Source: Parcubacteria group bacterium
Lineage (GTDB): Bacteria; Patescibacteriota; Minisyncoccia; Phycocordibacterales; UBA2135
Direction: 5' to 3'
Assembly: GCA_016180525.1 (NCBI GenBank)
Contig: JACPBB010000002.1
Coordinates: 48,824-112,823, forward strand
DNA: 64,000 nt
Shown here: piece by piece, positions 9,031 through 17,467 of the stretch
Layout of the letters: every line of letters begins with the position of its first letter
How positions within the stretch are numbered: the stretch's first letter is position 1
Made by a program: the position numbers and the translations under genes
The notes under the pieces: model-generated
Seen by the model: the letters and a program-made list of their open reading frames with translations, nothing else
Told to the model about the DNA's origin: nothing
Databases searched by the model: none

Positions 9031-9753
9031 TTATAATTTTATATTCAATGTCGTGAGCGCCGCTTTGAAATCAGGAGGTATCGGTGCCTCAAGACGAAGC
9101 GCTGCCCCGCTCGGAGTTTTGATTTCAATGCTATATGCGTGAAGCGCGAGCCGACCCATCTCTTTCGGACATGAGCGTTTGGGAGCATAGAGCGTGTCAC
9201 AGAGTATCGGGTGACCAATTGATTTAAGGTGTACTCTTATTTGGTGGGTTCTGCCCGTCTGCGGCAGAACCGAAAGATACGAGAAGGCGGAAGTTTCTGA
9301 AATAACCGAATATCCAGTCTGTGCGGGACGCTTCAGTCCGCGAGCACTCGGCTCTGCCGAACGAGCCCTAAAATCTTTTGAGCTTCTGCCGATTGGTTTA
9401 TCAATAACGCCTCTTTTTACTTTGAGCAAACCGTAGACAATGGCGCGGTACTCTTTTTTAACGCTTCGTTCTTGAAATTGTTTTTTAAAAAATAAAAAAG
9501 CGTTTTGATTTTTTGCGAACAGCACAAGCCCCGAAGTTTCTTTATCAAGCCTATGCACAATGCCCGCCCTATGTATTATTTCCCCCGATGAGAGTTTGAG
9601 CGGCTCTCCGATTGTTTCCAATTTAGGATATTTTTTTACAACAAAATCAACAAGCGTTTGAGCTTGAGTTTTCCCATCTGAATGAACAGTAAGACCTGCG
9701 GGTTTATTCACGGCCACAATATCATCATCTTCAAAAACAATGCTTGGTTCCAT
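9031..9753 (-). CDS. RluA family pseudouridine synthase
   Basis: HRLDKETSGLVLFAKN catalytic motif. Confidence 0.85.
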   Translation of the reverse strand: MEPSIVFEDDDIVAVNKPAGLTVHSDGKTQAQTLVDFVVKKYPKLETIGEPLKLSSGEIIHRAGIVHRLDKETSGLVLFAKNQNAFLFFKKQFQERSVKKEYRAIVYGLLKVKRGVIDKPIGRSSKDFRARSAEPSARGLKRPAQTGYSVISETSAFSYLSVLPQTGRTHQIRVHLKSIGHPILCDTLYAPKRSCPKEMGRLALHAYSIEIKTPSGAALRLEAPIPPDFKAALTTLNIKL

Positions 9754-9765
9754 GTGCTATATAAA

Positions 9766-10446
9766 TTATTTTCCCCTCCTTCTCTCACGCTCACCAAATT
9801 CTGCAAGAATCATCTCAAATTCTTTTTTTGAAAAATCAGGCCAAAATGTATCAATAAAAAAAAGTTCACTATACACTGATTGCCACGGTAAAAAATTAGA
9901 AAGTCTTTTTTCGCCTCCCGTGCGAATAATAATATCCGGATCGGCAATTCCAACAGTAAAGAGATGATTCGCAAAATCTGCCTCCGCAATTTCCTTTTGA
10001 GAACTTGCGAAAGAGCAAAGCGCCTGAGCGGCAGAGATAATTTCCGCACGTCCGCCATATGAGAGCGCAATACCAAGCGTGAATTCTTTTTTATCCTTCG
10101 TTTTTTCCTCCGCCTCATGCATCAGTGCTTGCATATCTTCTGGAAAACGATTCCGTGTTCCCAAAAAACGAATTTTTGTGTCTTCTCCTGAGAGAGTTTC
10201 AATCTCGTTTTTAAGAACCTCGCGGAATAAATCCATAAGATACGACACTTCTTCCTCCGTTCTATTCCAATTCTCCGTTGAAAATGCGTATACAACAAGG
10301 ACCTTGACGCCAACCTCTTTGGCCCACCCGACAACTTCTTTCAATTTTTCATATCCCTTTTTGTGCCCTTCATATGTAGGAAAACTGTGAGCCATTGCCC
10401 ACCTACGATTGCCGTCCATAATAATACCGATACATTTTGGAATCAT
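9766..10446 (-). CDS. uppS: isoprenyl transferase / undecaprenyl diphosphate synthase
   Basis: N-terminal GIIMDGNRRWA motif and overall UppS similarity. Confidence 0.9.
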   Translation of the reverse strand: MIPKCIGIIMDGNRRWAMAHSFPTYEGHKKGYEKLKEVVGWAKEVGVKVLVVYAFSTENWNRTEEEVSYLMDLFREVLKNEIETLSGEDTKIRFLGTRNRFPEDMQALMHEAEEKTKDKKEFTLGIALSYGGRAEIISAAQALCSFASSQKEIAEADFANHLFTVGIADPDIIIRTGGEKRLSNFLPWQSVYSELFFIDTFWPDFSKKEFEMILAEFGERERRRGK

Positions 10447-10484
10447 ATACTTAGGGGTTAGTAGTTAGCGTTTAGGATTTAGTA

Positions 10485-10766
10485 TTAATAGAGGATTTTA
10501 AAGCCTTGAAACTTCTCTACCGGCTCATGCCACTCTACTTTAACATTCGCGACTCGTGCAAGAAACGGACCTTTGTGAAGATATTCTAAAAGCTTTTCCA
10601 AACTCTCTTCGGTTCCTTGCGCAAAAACTAAAACTGAGCCGTCTTCCTGGTTTTCAACGGTCCCTGAAATGTTAAGTCCGCGCGCTTTGCGCTGAACAAA
10701 ATCCCTGTACATAACAAGCTGGACCTTCCCGCTTATTTTACATCGTATTTCTTTTATCATAATCAA
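10485..10766 (-). CDS. acyP: acylphosphatase
   Basis: VQLVMYRDFVQRKARGLNISGTVENQEDGSV resembles the acylphosphatase signature. Confidence 0.85.
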   Translation of the reverse strand: MIMIKEIRCKISGKVQLVMYRDFVQRKARGLNISGTVENQEDGSVLVFAQGTEESLEKLLEYLHKGPFLARVANVKVEWHEPVEKFQGFKILY

Positions 10767-10818
10767 ACAATGCGCGCTAGGACCTTCTCATATTCCATAA
10801 AATTAATACATTAATTTT

Positions 10819-10892
10819 ATGGACGCTAGAGGACTCGAACCTCTGACCCTCTCGGTGTAAACGAGATGCTCTACCAACTGAGCTAAGCGTCC
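10819..10892 (-). tRNA. tRNA-Val (anticodon TAC)
   Basis: Cloverleaf read by eye. Acceptor stem is GGACGCT/AGCGTCC, anticodon loop TTTACAC, T-loop TTCGAGT. Confidence 0.85.
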
Positions 10893-11044
10893 ATTTGAGT
10901 GTGGAGACAAAACTGAGTCCCGACGTTTTTGTCGGGACCCCGACCGCTTTGCGCGTCGGGGCTAAGCGTCCCCCACATTTGTCCATACTATACTTAACTA
11001 TACTAAAAATACAAATAAAAAAGGCGGGCGCAATGCGCCCGACC

Positions 11045-11570
11045 CGAGTTTGAACAATCTGTTTTTCATTATTCTCGCCTGAGCTGCCCAATAAGCAGTC
11101 GGCGGGTTTTTTCTTCCCAGGGTCCGTCTTTGTTAGGCTTACTGGTAGCCAACCTTGGCTTCGAGATAAGCCTTCAGGGTACGATATACGCACCCTCGTG
11201 AGTCCATCCACATCGAAACCTCCTGTGAAAAGTGGTGGAAAGAACGCACATGAGGCCTCGCCGCTATTTATAATGTAAAAACATATGTGTTAAGGGAGGC
11301 CTCATGCGCATTCTCTCGCCTCTATGAACCATATTCTAATTCTTAACTCCTATTATACACAAATATAAAATTTTGTCAAGTTTTCACTAAGGAGGTAGTT
11401 TTTAATCCTCTTGGGATAAAAATAAAGTCATCCCGATTTGTATTGAGACTCGTTTGTTTTTTACGCAGGATACTTGAATTAGGGCGAACCCACCGCGCCT
11501 TCGGCGCGGCAGAACCCCCGCCAAAAATGCAGGCGGCGAAGCCGCACCGCTGACAATTTCAAGTTTTTTT
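11045..11570 (+). ncRNA. rnpB: candidate RNase P RNA (rnpB), bacterial type with insertions; boundaries approximate
   Basis: In the correct order, between tRNA-Val and a GC-rich islet:
- P4 5' strand-like AGTCGGCGGG (about 11098).
- CR-II/III-like CTGTGAAAAGTGGTGGAAAGAACGCAC (about 11224-11249).
- A long P12-like hairpin CATGAGGCCTC...GAGGCCTCATG.
- A UUCG-capped hairpin immediately before GGCAGAACCCCCGCC, the P4 3' strand (about 11507).
- Possible P2 pairing CGCCTG/CAGGCG and terminal T8.
No ORF of 60 aa or more lies in 11212-11618. rnpA is present elsewhere in the window. Confidence 0.45.
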
Positions 11571-11736
11571 TGACGGCGAATAAATCCAAGAATTCGCGAA
11601 GCGAATACCTTGAATGAACTAAATATAGAAAATTATGACAATAATTTCAATTTTAGAAAAAGTGAGAGCCCCGAGCAGATTTTTGGTCCGCGAGGGGCTC
11701 GGGTTGAGGGCGATGTTTGTGCGTGCCAGGCCACGA

Positions 11737-11910
11737 CTACTTCGTCTTGTAGAAGATCGTGATCGTGACGTCGTGGTCCAGGCGTCCGGAGGCGTCCTGC
11801 ATGGTTCGCGTGATCTCGATCTTGTCGCCCATCTTGTCGAGCCACGCATTGATCCGCTGTTCCAAGCCCTCCGCATCGTTGCAGCCGTAGAAGACTTTCA
11901 CTCGTTCCAT
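11737..11910 (-). CDS. small hypothetical protein (57 aa) in a GC-rich islet
   Basis: Strong RBS GAAGGAGG lies 8 nt upstream of the ATG (MERVKVFYGCNDAEG...). A hairpin plus T-run lies downstream. GC content is clearly higher than the surroundings. Confidence 0.5.
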   Translation of the reverse strand: MERVKVFYGCNDAEGLEQRINAWLDKMGDKIEITRTMQDASGRLDHDVTITIFYKTK

Positions 11911-12202
11911 TTCGCGAACCTCCTTCAAGGTGCTGTTTTCGGCGGCACTTTACCGCAGAAGTCAGCGGGTTTTTGGAATTCCGATGACACAACTAATATA
12001 GCATATTCCTTGCTTAAAGTCAAGGGCAAGTGGGAAAACAGAAAAAGCCCATATTTTAGGGCTTTTTCTGTGGTTTCGTATTGGATTAAAAATTTTTCTT
12101 CCCCTCAAACGAAATCGCGAATTCCGTTTTGAGCCGAAAATACAATACGCGCGAGCCGCCGAGCAACGCGAGGCGGCGAGCTCTGACTTGCAATTTCCTT
12201 TC

Positions 12203-12277
12203 TGGTGCCCTCGGCAGGAATCGAACCCGCATCAACGCCTTAGAAGAGCGCTGCTCTATCCATTGAGCTACAAGGGC
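12203..12277 (-). tRNA. tRNA-Arg (anticodon TCT), CCA encoded
   Basis: Cloverleaf read by eye. Anticodon loop is CTTCTAA, T-loop TTCGATT, acceptor stem GCCCTTG/CGAGGGC. Confidence 0.85.
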
Positions 12278-12359
12278 AATAATAATGTTGTTCAGTTAAA
12301 AAGTTTTAAAGCATAATTGGTCTTTATAACTTTATAAACTTGATAACTTTATAACCGAT

Positions 12360-12692
12360 TTACAATGATGGGTCAATTATTTCCGGTCGATTGCTGAAAA
12401 GCTCTTGAAACAAAATTTCTTTTTCTTTAAACAATTTGAGTACCTCCTTAAGCGCATCCACATGCACGACCTCAGAGCGCAAGGCTCCGACAGTTTCTAT
12501 ATTGGCTCCTTCGTCAGTATTGATGATAACAAAAAGATACACTGCGATCGTTACGAGTAAAACACCGACAACGAGCATGAGGATGATAAGAATAAGCCAG
12601 TCTCTATACGGATTAATGTCAAAACTTCCCTTGTGAGAAAGTTTTAGAAACGAAAACCCTTTTTTTATTGTACTAATTATATTTTGGAACAT
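12360..12692 (-). CDS. hypothetical single-pass membrane protein in pilus assembly cluster
   Basis: Central hydrophobic TM segment. It is co-directional with pilO/N/M-like genes. Confidence 0.45.
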   Translation of the reverse strand: MFQNIISTIKKGFSFLKLSHKGSFDINPYRDWLILIILMLVVGVLLVTIAVYLFVIINTDEGANIETVGALRSEVVHVDALKEVLKLFKEKEILFQELFSNRPEIIDPSL

Positions 12693-12712
12693 AAGAATTA
12701 AAAATTGAGTTA

Positions 12713-13327
12713 TTATTTTGGATCAAAGCTAAGAACCGTAAGCGTAAACACGGCGTGCCATGTATCTGTCGCCTTCCGTTTTTCAAGACCACGGGGAGTT
12801 TCTTTATCAAGTAAAAATTTTTCAAGCGAAATTTTAACAGGAATATGCTCCACAATTTCCAGAAAATAAAATATTTCACTGAAACTCCCGAGTGTTTCAA
12901 ATTCCATAGCAAGAACATTTTCTGTTTCTCGAATATTTACAAAATTAAATCGCAAAAGAACGTTTGCGTGCCTACCCGCCTGCTCTATGTCCTCAATAAA
13001 TGCAACTAATTTTTCCTCGTTTATAAAATACCTATTAAGTGCTTCCCGCTCCGTTTCTGTGTCGCGAAAACTATCGCGGAGCGCGTAGAGCTGTTGTTCT
13101 TTAAGTTGCTCGGTGTCGAGCATACTTGTCGCCTCGGTAATCGCATCTTTTTTGTTCAGTACAAATCCAAACAAAAACGCATACCCTAAAAGTGCCAGCG
13201 TGGTCAGCGCCATGAGCAGAATAATACTGTAACGAACCGACATTTTTTTTCGATCCGACTCAACAATTGAAATCGGGGAAGACCGCGGTTTAAAAGAAAT
13301 TTCTTTGGAATTATTTTCCATCTTCAT
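12713..13327 (-). CDS. PilO-like type IV pilus assembly protein (putative)
   Basis: N-terminal TM followed by a coiled-coil-like region. Placed by position after the pilN-like gene. Confidence 0.45.
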   Translation of the reverse strand: MKMENNSKEISFKPRSSPISIVESDRKKMSVRYSIILLMALTTLALLGYAFLFGFVLNKKDAITEATSMLDTEQLKEQQLYALRDSFRDTETEREALNRYFINEEKLVAFIEDIEQAGRHANVLLRFNFVNIRETENVLAMEFETLGSFSEIFYFLEIVEHIPVKISLEKFLLDKETPRGLEKRKATDTWHAVFTLTVLSFDPK

Positions 13328-13874
13328 CGTTGTTAAATTGTAATGAAACAGAAAAAGGAATGTCAGAACTTTTTACAAAATTTGAAACAGGAAGCTCTAC
13401 ATTTGTAAAAACAGGTTCTTTCTCAAGCGCGTTCACAAACGCAAGAAGCGTTTGTCGGTCTTTTGCGACGCCTGAGACCGTCATCCGTACTCCTTGTGAG
13501 CTTCCTGGGATATTTTCGTAAAAAAACGCGGTGAGTGTAACATTAAAATTTTTCCGTGCCATGGTTTTTTCTATTGCTTCGTATATAAAAATATATCCGC
13601 TCTTTTCTTCCTGAAGCAGGGAGATTTTTTTGTTTGTGTCCGATACGCTTTTCTTTAAATTTTTGCGCTCTTCAACAGAAACAATTTCTGAGACAACAGT
13701 AAGACGATCAAGCGCCACTTTCTCTTTTACAAAGCCCCACAACAGAGCAGGTGAGAGTGCCACAACCCCAAACCCTACGGTTATCACGAAAAATATGAGC
13801 CCAACAATTAAAAGACGGGATTTGTATGTATTTTGTATTTTTACTTTCTCTGAAACTGGTAATAAATTAACCAT
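13311..13874 (-). CDS. PilN-like type IV pilus assembly protein
   Basis: N-terminus MVNLLPVSEK is followed by a TM segment, as in PilN (INLLP motif). Adjacent to pilM. Confidence 0.6.
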   Translation of the reverse strand: MVNLLPVSEKVKIQNTYKSRLLIVGLIFFVITVGFGVVALSPALLWGFVKEKVALDRLTVVSEIVSVEERKNLKKSVSDTNKKISLLQEEKSGYIFIYEAIEKTMARKNFNVTLTAFFYENIPGSSQGVRMTVSGVAKDRQTLLAFVNALEKEPVFTNVELPVSNFVKSSDIPFSVSLQFNNDEDGK

Positions 13875-13886
13875 GATTTTAAAATT

Positions 13887-14975
13887 CTACGATAGAGTTC
13901 CTAACGCAAGCCCAAGCGCAGTTGCGTATCGGAGCGCGTGATTACTAGGGATCTCGGGAACATACTGTGCGAGTGAATTAATATTAATCCACGGGTTCGC
14001 AATTTCTATGTCTATGTTGAGTGTTGTTGCTAAATAATTGGGGAGCCCCGGAACGTTAGCCTCTCCGCCGCAGATTATAATACGGTCAATCGCATCACCA
14101 CCTTTTTCAATAATATTTTCGTGAGAGCGGGCGTATTCATAATGCTTACTGATTTCATCACGTAAAATAGCTAGCCGCGCGACAAGCGCCCGATAGAGCG
14201 GGTCCTCTTTTCCGTGAAGTAAGCCTTCGCTTTCTTTGCGCCGCTGTGCTTCTCCAAAAGAAATATTGAGGGAGCGCGCTACCGCTTCCGTTAAAGAGTG
14301 CCCTCCAACTTTTATCGTAGAGGTAAATGTTATAACTCCCCCTGACTGGACCGCGACCCCAGTTCTTGTGCCCCCAATGTCAAGCAAGAGAAACGTGCCG
14401 CAATCGCCTCTCTGTACGATTGCCCTCGCAATAGAGTGCGCCTCAAATTCAAAAGAAAGCGGCGTTAATCCGGTATTTTCAAAAATTTTAAGATAACCCT
14501 CTACAACTCTATGCGGCATAACCGACAAACCGACCTTGTAATTTCCCTCACTCCGTGAGACTCCGCAGGTTACCAGCTGATAATCAAAAACAGCCTCGTG
14601 GGGAGAGAGCGGAACATGGTCTGCGAGTTGCAATTCCAAACTCTCATATATTTCTTCCGGCTTAACGCGTGGTATTTCAATTTTGAGCGAATATCCCTGC
14701 TCTTCGGGAAGCGACGTCCGAACAAAAGAAAAACCATGTTTTTTTTTCATACCCACAAGTATTTTGCGCATTTCATCGTGTTTGCGAATAAGCCCCTCAA
14801 CGACAATGCCGGGAGAAATTGATTGTTCGCCAAATTTTCCCAACACAAGGCCGTGAGAAGCGCGTTTCAACTCGGCAAAACGAATAGACTGATCTGAGAT
14901 ATCAAGGCCAACCGCTGGCATTTCCAAAAACTGCGGTGGAGGAAAAAAACGGAAAAAACGATTATTATACAGCAT
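13887..14975 (-). CDS. pilM: type IV pilus assembly protein PilM (actin-like ATPase)
   Basis: VGLDISDQSIRFAEL N-terminus and an actin-fold (FtsA-like) architecture. Confidence 0.8.
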   Translation of the reverse strand: MLYNNRFFRFFPPPQFLEMPAVGLDISDQSIRFAELKRASHGLVLGKFGEQSISPGIVVEGLIRKHDEMRKILVGMKKKHGFSFVRTSLPEEQGYSLKIEIPRVKPEEIYESLELQLADHVPLSPHEAVFDYQLVTCGVSRSEGNYKVGLSVMPHRVVEGYLKIFENTGLTPLSFEFEAHSIARAIVQRGDCGTFLLLDIGGTRTGVAVQSGGVITFTSTIKVGGHSLTEAVARSLNISFGEAQRRKESEGLLHGKEDPLYRALVARLAILRDEISKHYEYARSHENIIEKGGDAIDRIIICGGEANVPGLPNYLATTLNIDIEIANPWININSLAQYVPEIPSNHALRYATALGLALGTLS

Positions 14976-15147
14976 TATTTTAAGTATACCCCCACACTAA
15001 TATATTTTGAAATTGATGTGGGGGTATAAGCAATAATCCCGCAGACGTATATGTTTTTAGCCCCATCCCGCCGTATACTCCTTATATGCCTACAATACAA
15101 ACACAGTTTGAAATAACAATGTGTGACACCCTTACGGACGCAGAGAT

Positions 15148-15747
15148 TCAACGAACAAAGAGTACGAACGCAATAATTATAATAGCCACAATAATAGAAA
15201 TAGTGTTGAAATAAGTAAAAATGAGATTTCCCAACCGGTCGCCGAATTTTTGAGCACAGAACGCAACAATAAAAAATCGTAAGGCGCGCCCAATAATTGA
15301 CGCAATAATAAAAATCATAAGAGAGATATGAAAAAAGCCAGCACTTAGTGTAAACACTTTATACGGGATTGGACTAAACGCAGATACAAAAATGGCAAGA
15401 AACGCGTTATCGGCAAAGAGAACTCCGACTTTCTGCATTTCATCTCCAAAATGATATGCCTCTATGATTTGTTTTCCAATTACATCAAACAAAAAACTGC
15501 CAATAAAATAGCCGGCAACTCCGCCCAGCACTGAGGTAATAGTGGTAAGTGTTGCATAATATATCCATCGCTCTTTCCGCGCAATTAAAATAGCGATAAG
15601 TAAAATATCCGGAGGAATGGGAAAAAACGTTGCTTCCGCAAATGAAAAAAAAGAAAGCCATGCTTTCATGTGTGGACCTTCAGCGTGACGCACAAACCAG
15701 TCGCGTATCCTAATCTTAAGCAGTGTTTTGTTGATATCATTTTCCAT
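15148..15747 (-). CDS. DedA/YqaA family membrane protein (VTT domain)
   Basis: Multi-pass membrane protein with an FFPIPPD-like motif typical of DedA/YqaA. Confidence 0.7.
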   Translation of the reverse strand: MENDINKTLLKIRIRDWFVRHAEGPHMKAWLSFFSFAEATFFPIPPDILLIAILIARKERWIYYATLTTITSVLGGVAGYFIGSFLFDVIGKQIIEAYHFGDEMQKVGVLFADNAFLAIFVSAFSPIPYKVFTLSAGFFHISLMIFIIASIIGRALRFFIVAFCAQKFGDRLGNLIFTYFNTISIIVAIIIIAFVLFVR

Positions 15748-16138
15748 TATTGTATTTTCTCTTATCTAAAAAACTCTGTAAAATAATCGCAGCCGCAGAA
15801 TCATCTACGGGGACATTGCTCTCTTTTTCTCTGCTACGCCGAGCTTCCTGCGAAGTAAGCACCTCTGATTCAAACGCAATTGGAAGGCTTGTAGTTTTTT
15901 GGAGCCTCTCTTTAAAATCAGCTATTTTTTTCATGACCGGATTCTCTGTCCCTCCATACATGCGTGATTCCCCGATAACAATTTGAGAAACACTTTCTTG
16001 TTTGCATATGTCGTGAATGCTTTTTATAAGACGTGCATCGTTGTTTAAAATACTGTGAGGAAAAGCTAGCATTCCATTCTCATCGGAGAGGGCTATGCCA
16101 ATTCGTTTTTCCCCATAATCAATGCCGAGAAAACGCAT
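15737..16138 (-). CDS. ruvX: Holliday junction resolvase-like protein RuvX/YqgF
   Basis: MRFLGIDYGEKRIGIALSD N-terminus, as in the YqgF RNase H-like fold. Confidence 0.85.
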   Translation of the reverse strand: MRFLGIDYGEKRIGIALSDENGMLAFPHSILNNDARLIKSIHDICKQESVSQIVIGESRMYGGTENPVMKKIADFKERLQKTTSLPIAFESEVLTSQEARRSREKESNVPVDDSAAAIILQSFLDKRKYNNGK

Positions 16139-16311
16139 AGTATGTAGTATATCGCATCTTGCCTTGCCCGGTAGCGAGCCTTGCTCTGGTACTGGGGTAG
16201 TTTTGTATATATAACAATAATGAACCCTTAAAGATACAGGGTTGTTTGATACTTTATACTTGATATCAGAGCACTAAACACTCTTTTTGTGCTTTTAGTG
16301 CTCGACCGAGC

Positions 16312-16354
16312 ACATAATTTGCAAATTATGTGCTCGGGCTTTATACTTGATAAT
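16312..16354 (+). promoter_or_regulatory. 13-bp-arm inverted repeat (CGAGCACATAATTT/AAATTATGTGCTCG) fused to GGCTTTATACTT promoter-like element, abutting a start codon
   Basis: Near-identical architecture recurs at 45121-45165 upstream of pilB. TATACT lies about 10 nt before the ATG, consistent with a leaderless transcript. Confidence 0.45.
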
Positions 16355-16600
16355 ATGCCTTCATTAGAATTATTTTTTGAGCAAAATTTGTGGGTGCTGG
16401 TAGTTGCAATGCTCTGGGTTTTGCCGTGGAAAGGCTATGCCCTCTGGAGCGCCGCGCAACTGCGCCACAAATGGTGGTTCATTATTTTGCTCGTGGTAAA
16501 CACACTTGCAATTTTGGACATTATCTACATCTTTGCTATCGCCAAAAAAGGTAGCGCGCTTTTTGGAAAGAAAGATAGAGTTTCATCTCAAAACGAGTAA
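16355..16600 (+). CDS. small two-TM membrane protein (81 aa)
   Basis: ATG immediately follows the promoter-like motif. Two hydrophobic helices. A tRNA and terminator follow. Confidence 0.5.
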   Translation: MPSLELFFEQNLWVLVVAMLWVLPWKGYALWSAAQLRHKWWFIILLVVNTLAILDIIYIFAIAKKGSALFGKKDRVSSQNE

Positions 16601-16735
16601 CAAATTAATTGCTTTATTCTCCTTTTTGTCATATTCTCAAAGAGAAGTATTTTTTGTGTAGAATAAAGAATAATTTTACTTCGTAAAATTTGCTTCCATA
16701 AACATTCTTTATTTAAGACGAAAAAGTATTTTAAG

Positions 16736-16822
16736 GGAGGAGTCGCATAGTGGTCTAGTGCGGCGGTCTTGAAAACCGCTAGGTCTTTATCGGCCTCGTG
16801 AGTTCGAATCTCACCTCCTCCG
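16736..16822 (+). tRNA. tRNA-Ser (anticodon TGA), class II
   Basis: Acceptor stem GGAGGAG/CTCCTCC, anticodon stem GCGGT/ACCGC with loop CTTGAAA, long variable arm, T-loop TTCGAAT. Confidence 0.85.
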
Positions 16823-16827
16823 TTTTT

Positions 16828-16866
16828 ACGTCCCTTTCCGATAGATATCGGAAAGGGACGTTTTGC
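16828..16866 (+). terminator. rho-independent terminator after tRNA-Ser
   Basis: ACGTCCCTTTCCGATA/TATCGGAAAGGGACGT 16-bp stem followed by TTTTG. Confidence 0.65.
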
Positions 16867-16930
16867 ACAGCTCATTTTTCAACAAGATAGTTTCTGATGA
16901 TATAATAAAGACAAGTAATGCACGTTATTC

Positions 16931-17398
16931 ATGGAAGAAGAACAAAAAAATATCACCTGGAAAACACTTGAACATAAACATGCCCACAAAGACCCTGACT
17001 GGTTTTGGGGTATTGGCATTATTGCCACATCAATCGCGATTATATCCATCATTGGCGGAAATCCGCTGTTTGCCGTTTTAATCGTTATTGGAGCAGTTAC
17101 ACTTTTCCTGCACGCAATAAAAATACCCCAGAATATAGAGGTGCGTGTCAGCGCGGATGGTATTTTAATTCACAATGCTCTTTTCTCATATGAACAGCTT
17201 GAGTCATTTAATGTTGAAAATAACGAGCACGACTCCTTTATTATTTTAAAATCAAAAAGAATTTTAACCCCACGAATTATTGTTCCGCTCAAGGCGGGAC
17301 TGGAAAAAGACGCACGGGGTGTGCTTCTCAAGTATCTCAAAGAAGAAAAACTTGAAGTTCCGATATCGCATCGCCTTCTTGAATTTTTAGGATTATAA
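16931..17398 (+). CDS. hypothetical membrane protein (155 aa)
   Basis: Two N-terminal TM helices. A terminator follows at 17404-17439. Confidence 0.55.
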   Translation: MEEEQKNITWKTLEHKHAHKDPDWFWGIGIIATSIAIISIIGGNPLFAVLIVIGAVTLFLHAIKIPQNIEVRVSADGILIHNALFSYEQLESFNVENNEHDSFIILKSKRILTPRIIVPLKAGLEKDARGVLLKYLKEEKLEVPISHRLLEFLGL

Positions 17399-17403
17399 AG
17401 AAA

Positions 17404-17439
17404 ATCGCCCCGATTAATATCGGGGCGATTTTCTTTTTT
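17404..17439 (+). terminator. rho-independent terminator
   Basis: ATCGCCCCGATTAATATCGGGGCGAT hairpin followed by TTTCTTTTTT. Confidence 0.6.
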
Positions 17440-17467
17440 GTATATTGCAATCTAAAATTTGAAATTG

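Noticed and set aside
10777-11211. 144-aa minus-strand ORF
   Set aside because: It overlaps the tRNA-Val gene and the hairpin-rich candidate RNase P RNA region. Its translation is low complexity.
11240-11305. Long hairpin CATGAGGCCTC...GAGGCCTCATG considered as a stand-alone terminator
   Set aside because: No T-run follows it. It sits exactly where the P12 helix of RNase P RNA is expected after the CR-II motif.
11635-12132. 165-aa plus-strand ORF and two overlapping minus ORFs in the GC-rich islet
   Set aside because: High GC generates long open frames on all strands. Only the 57-aa frame has a strong RBS and terminator.
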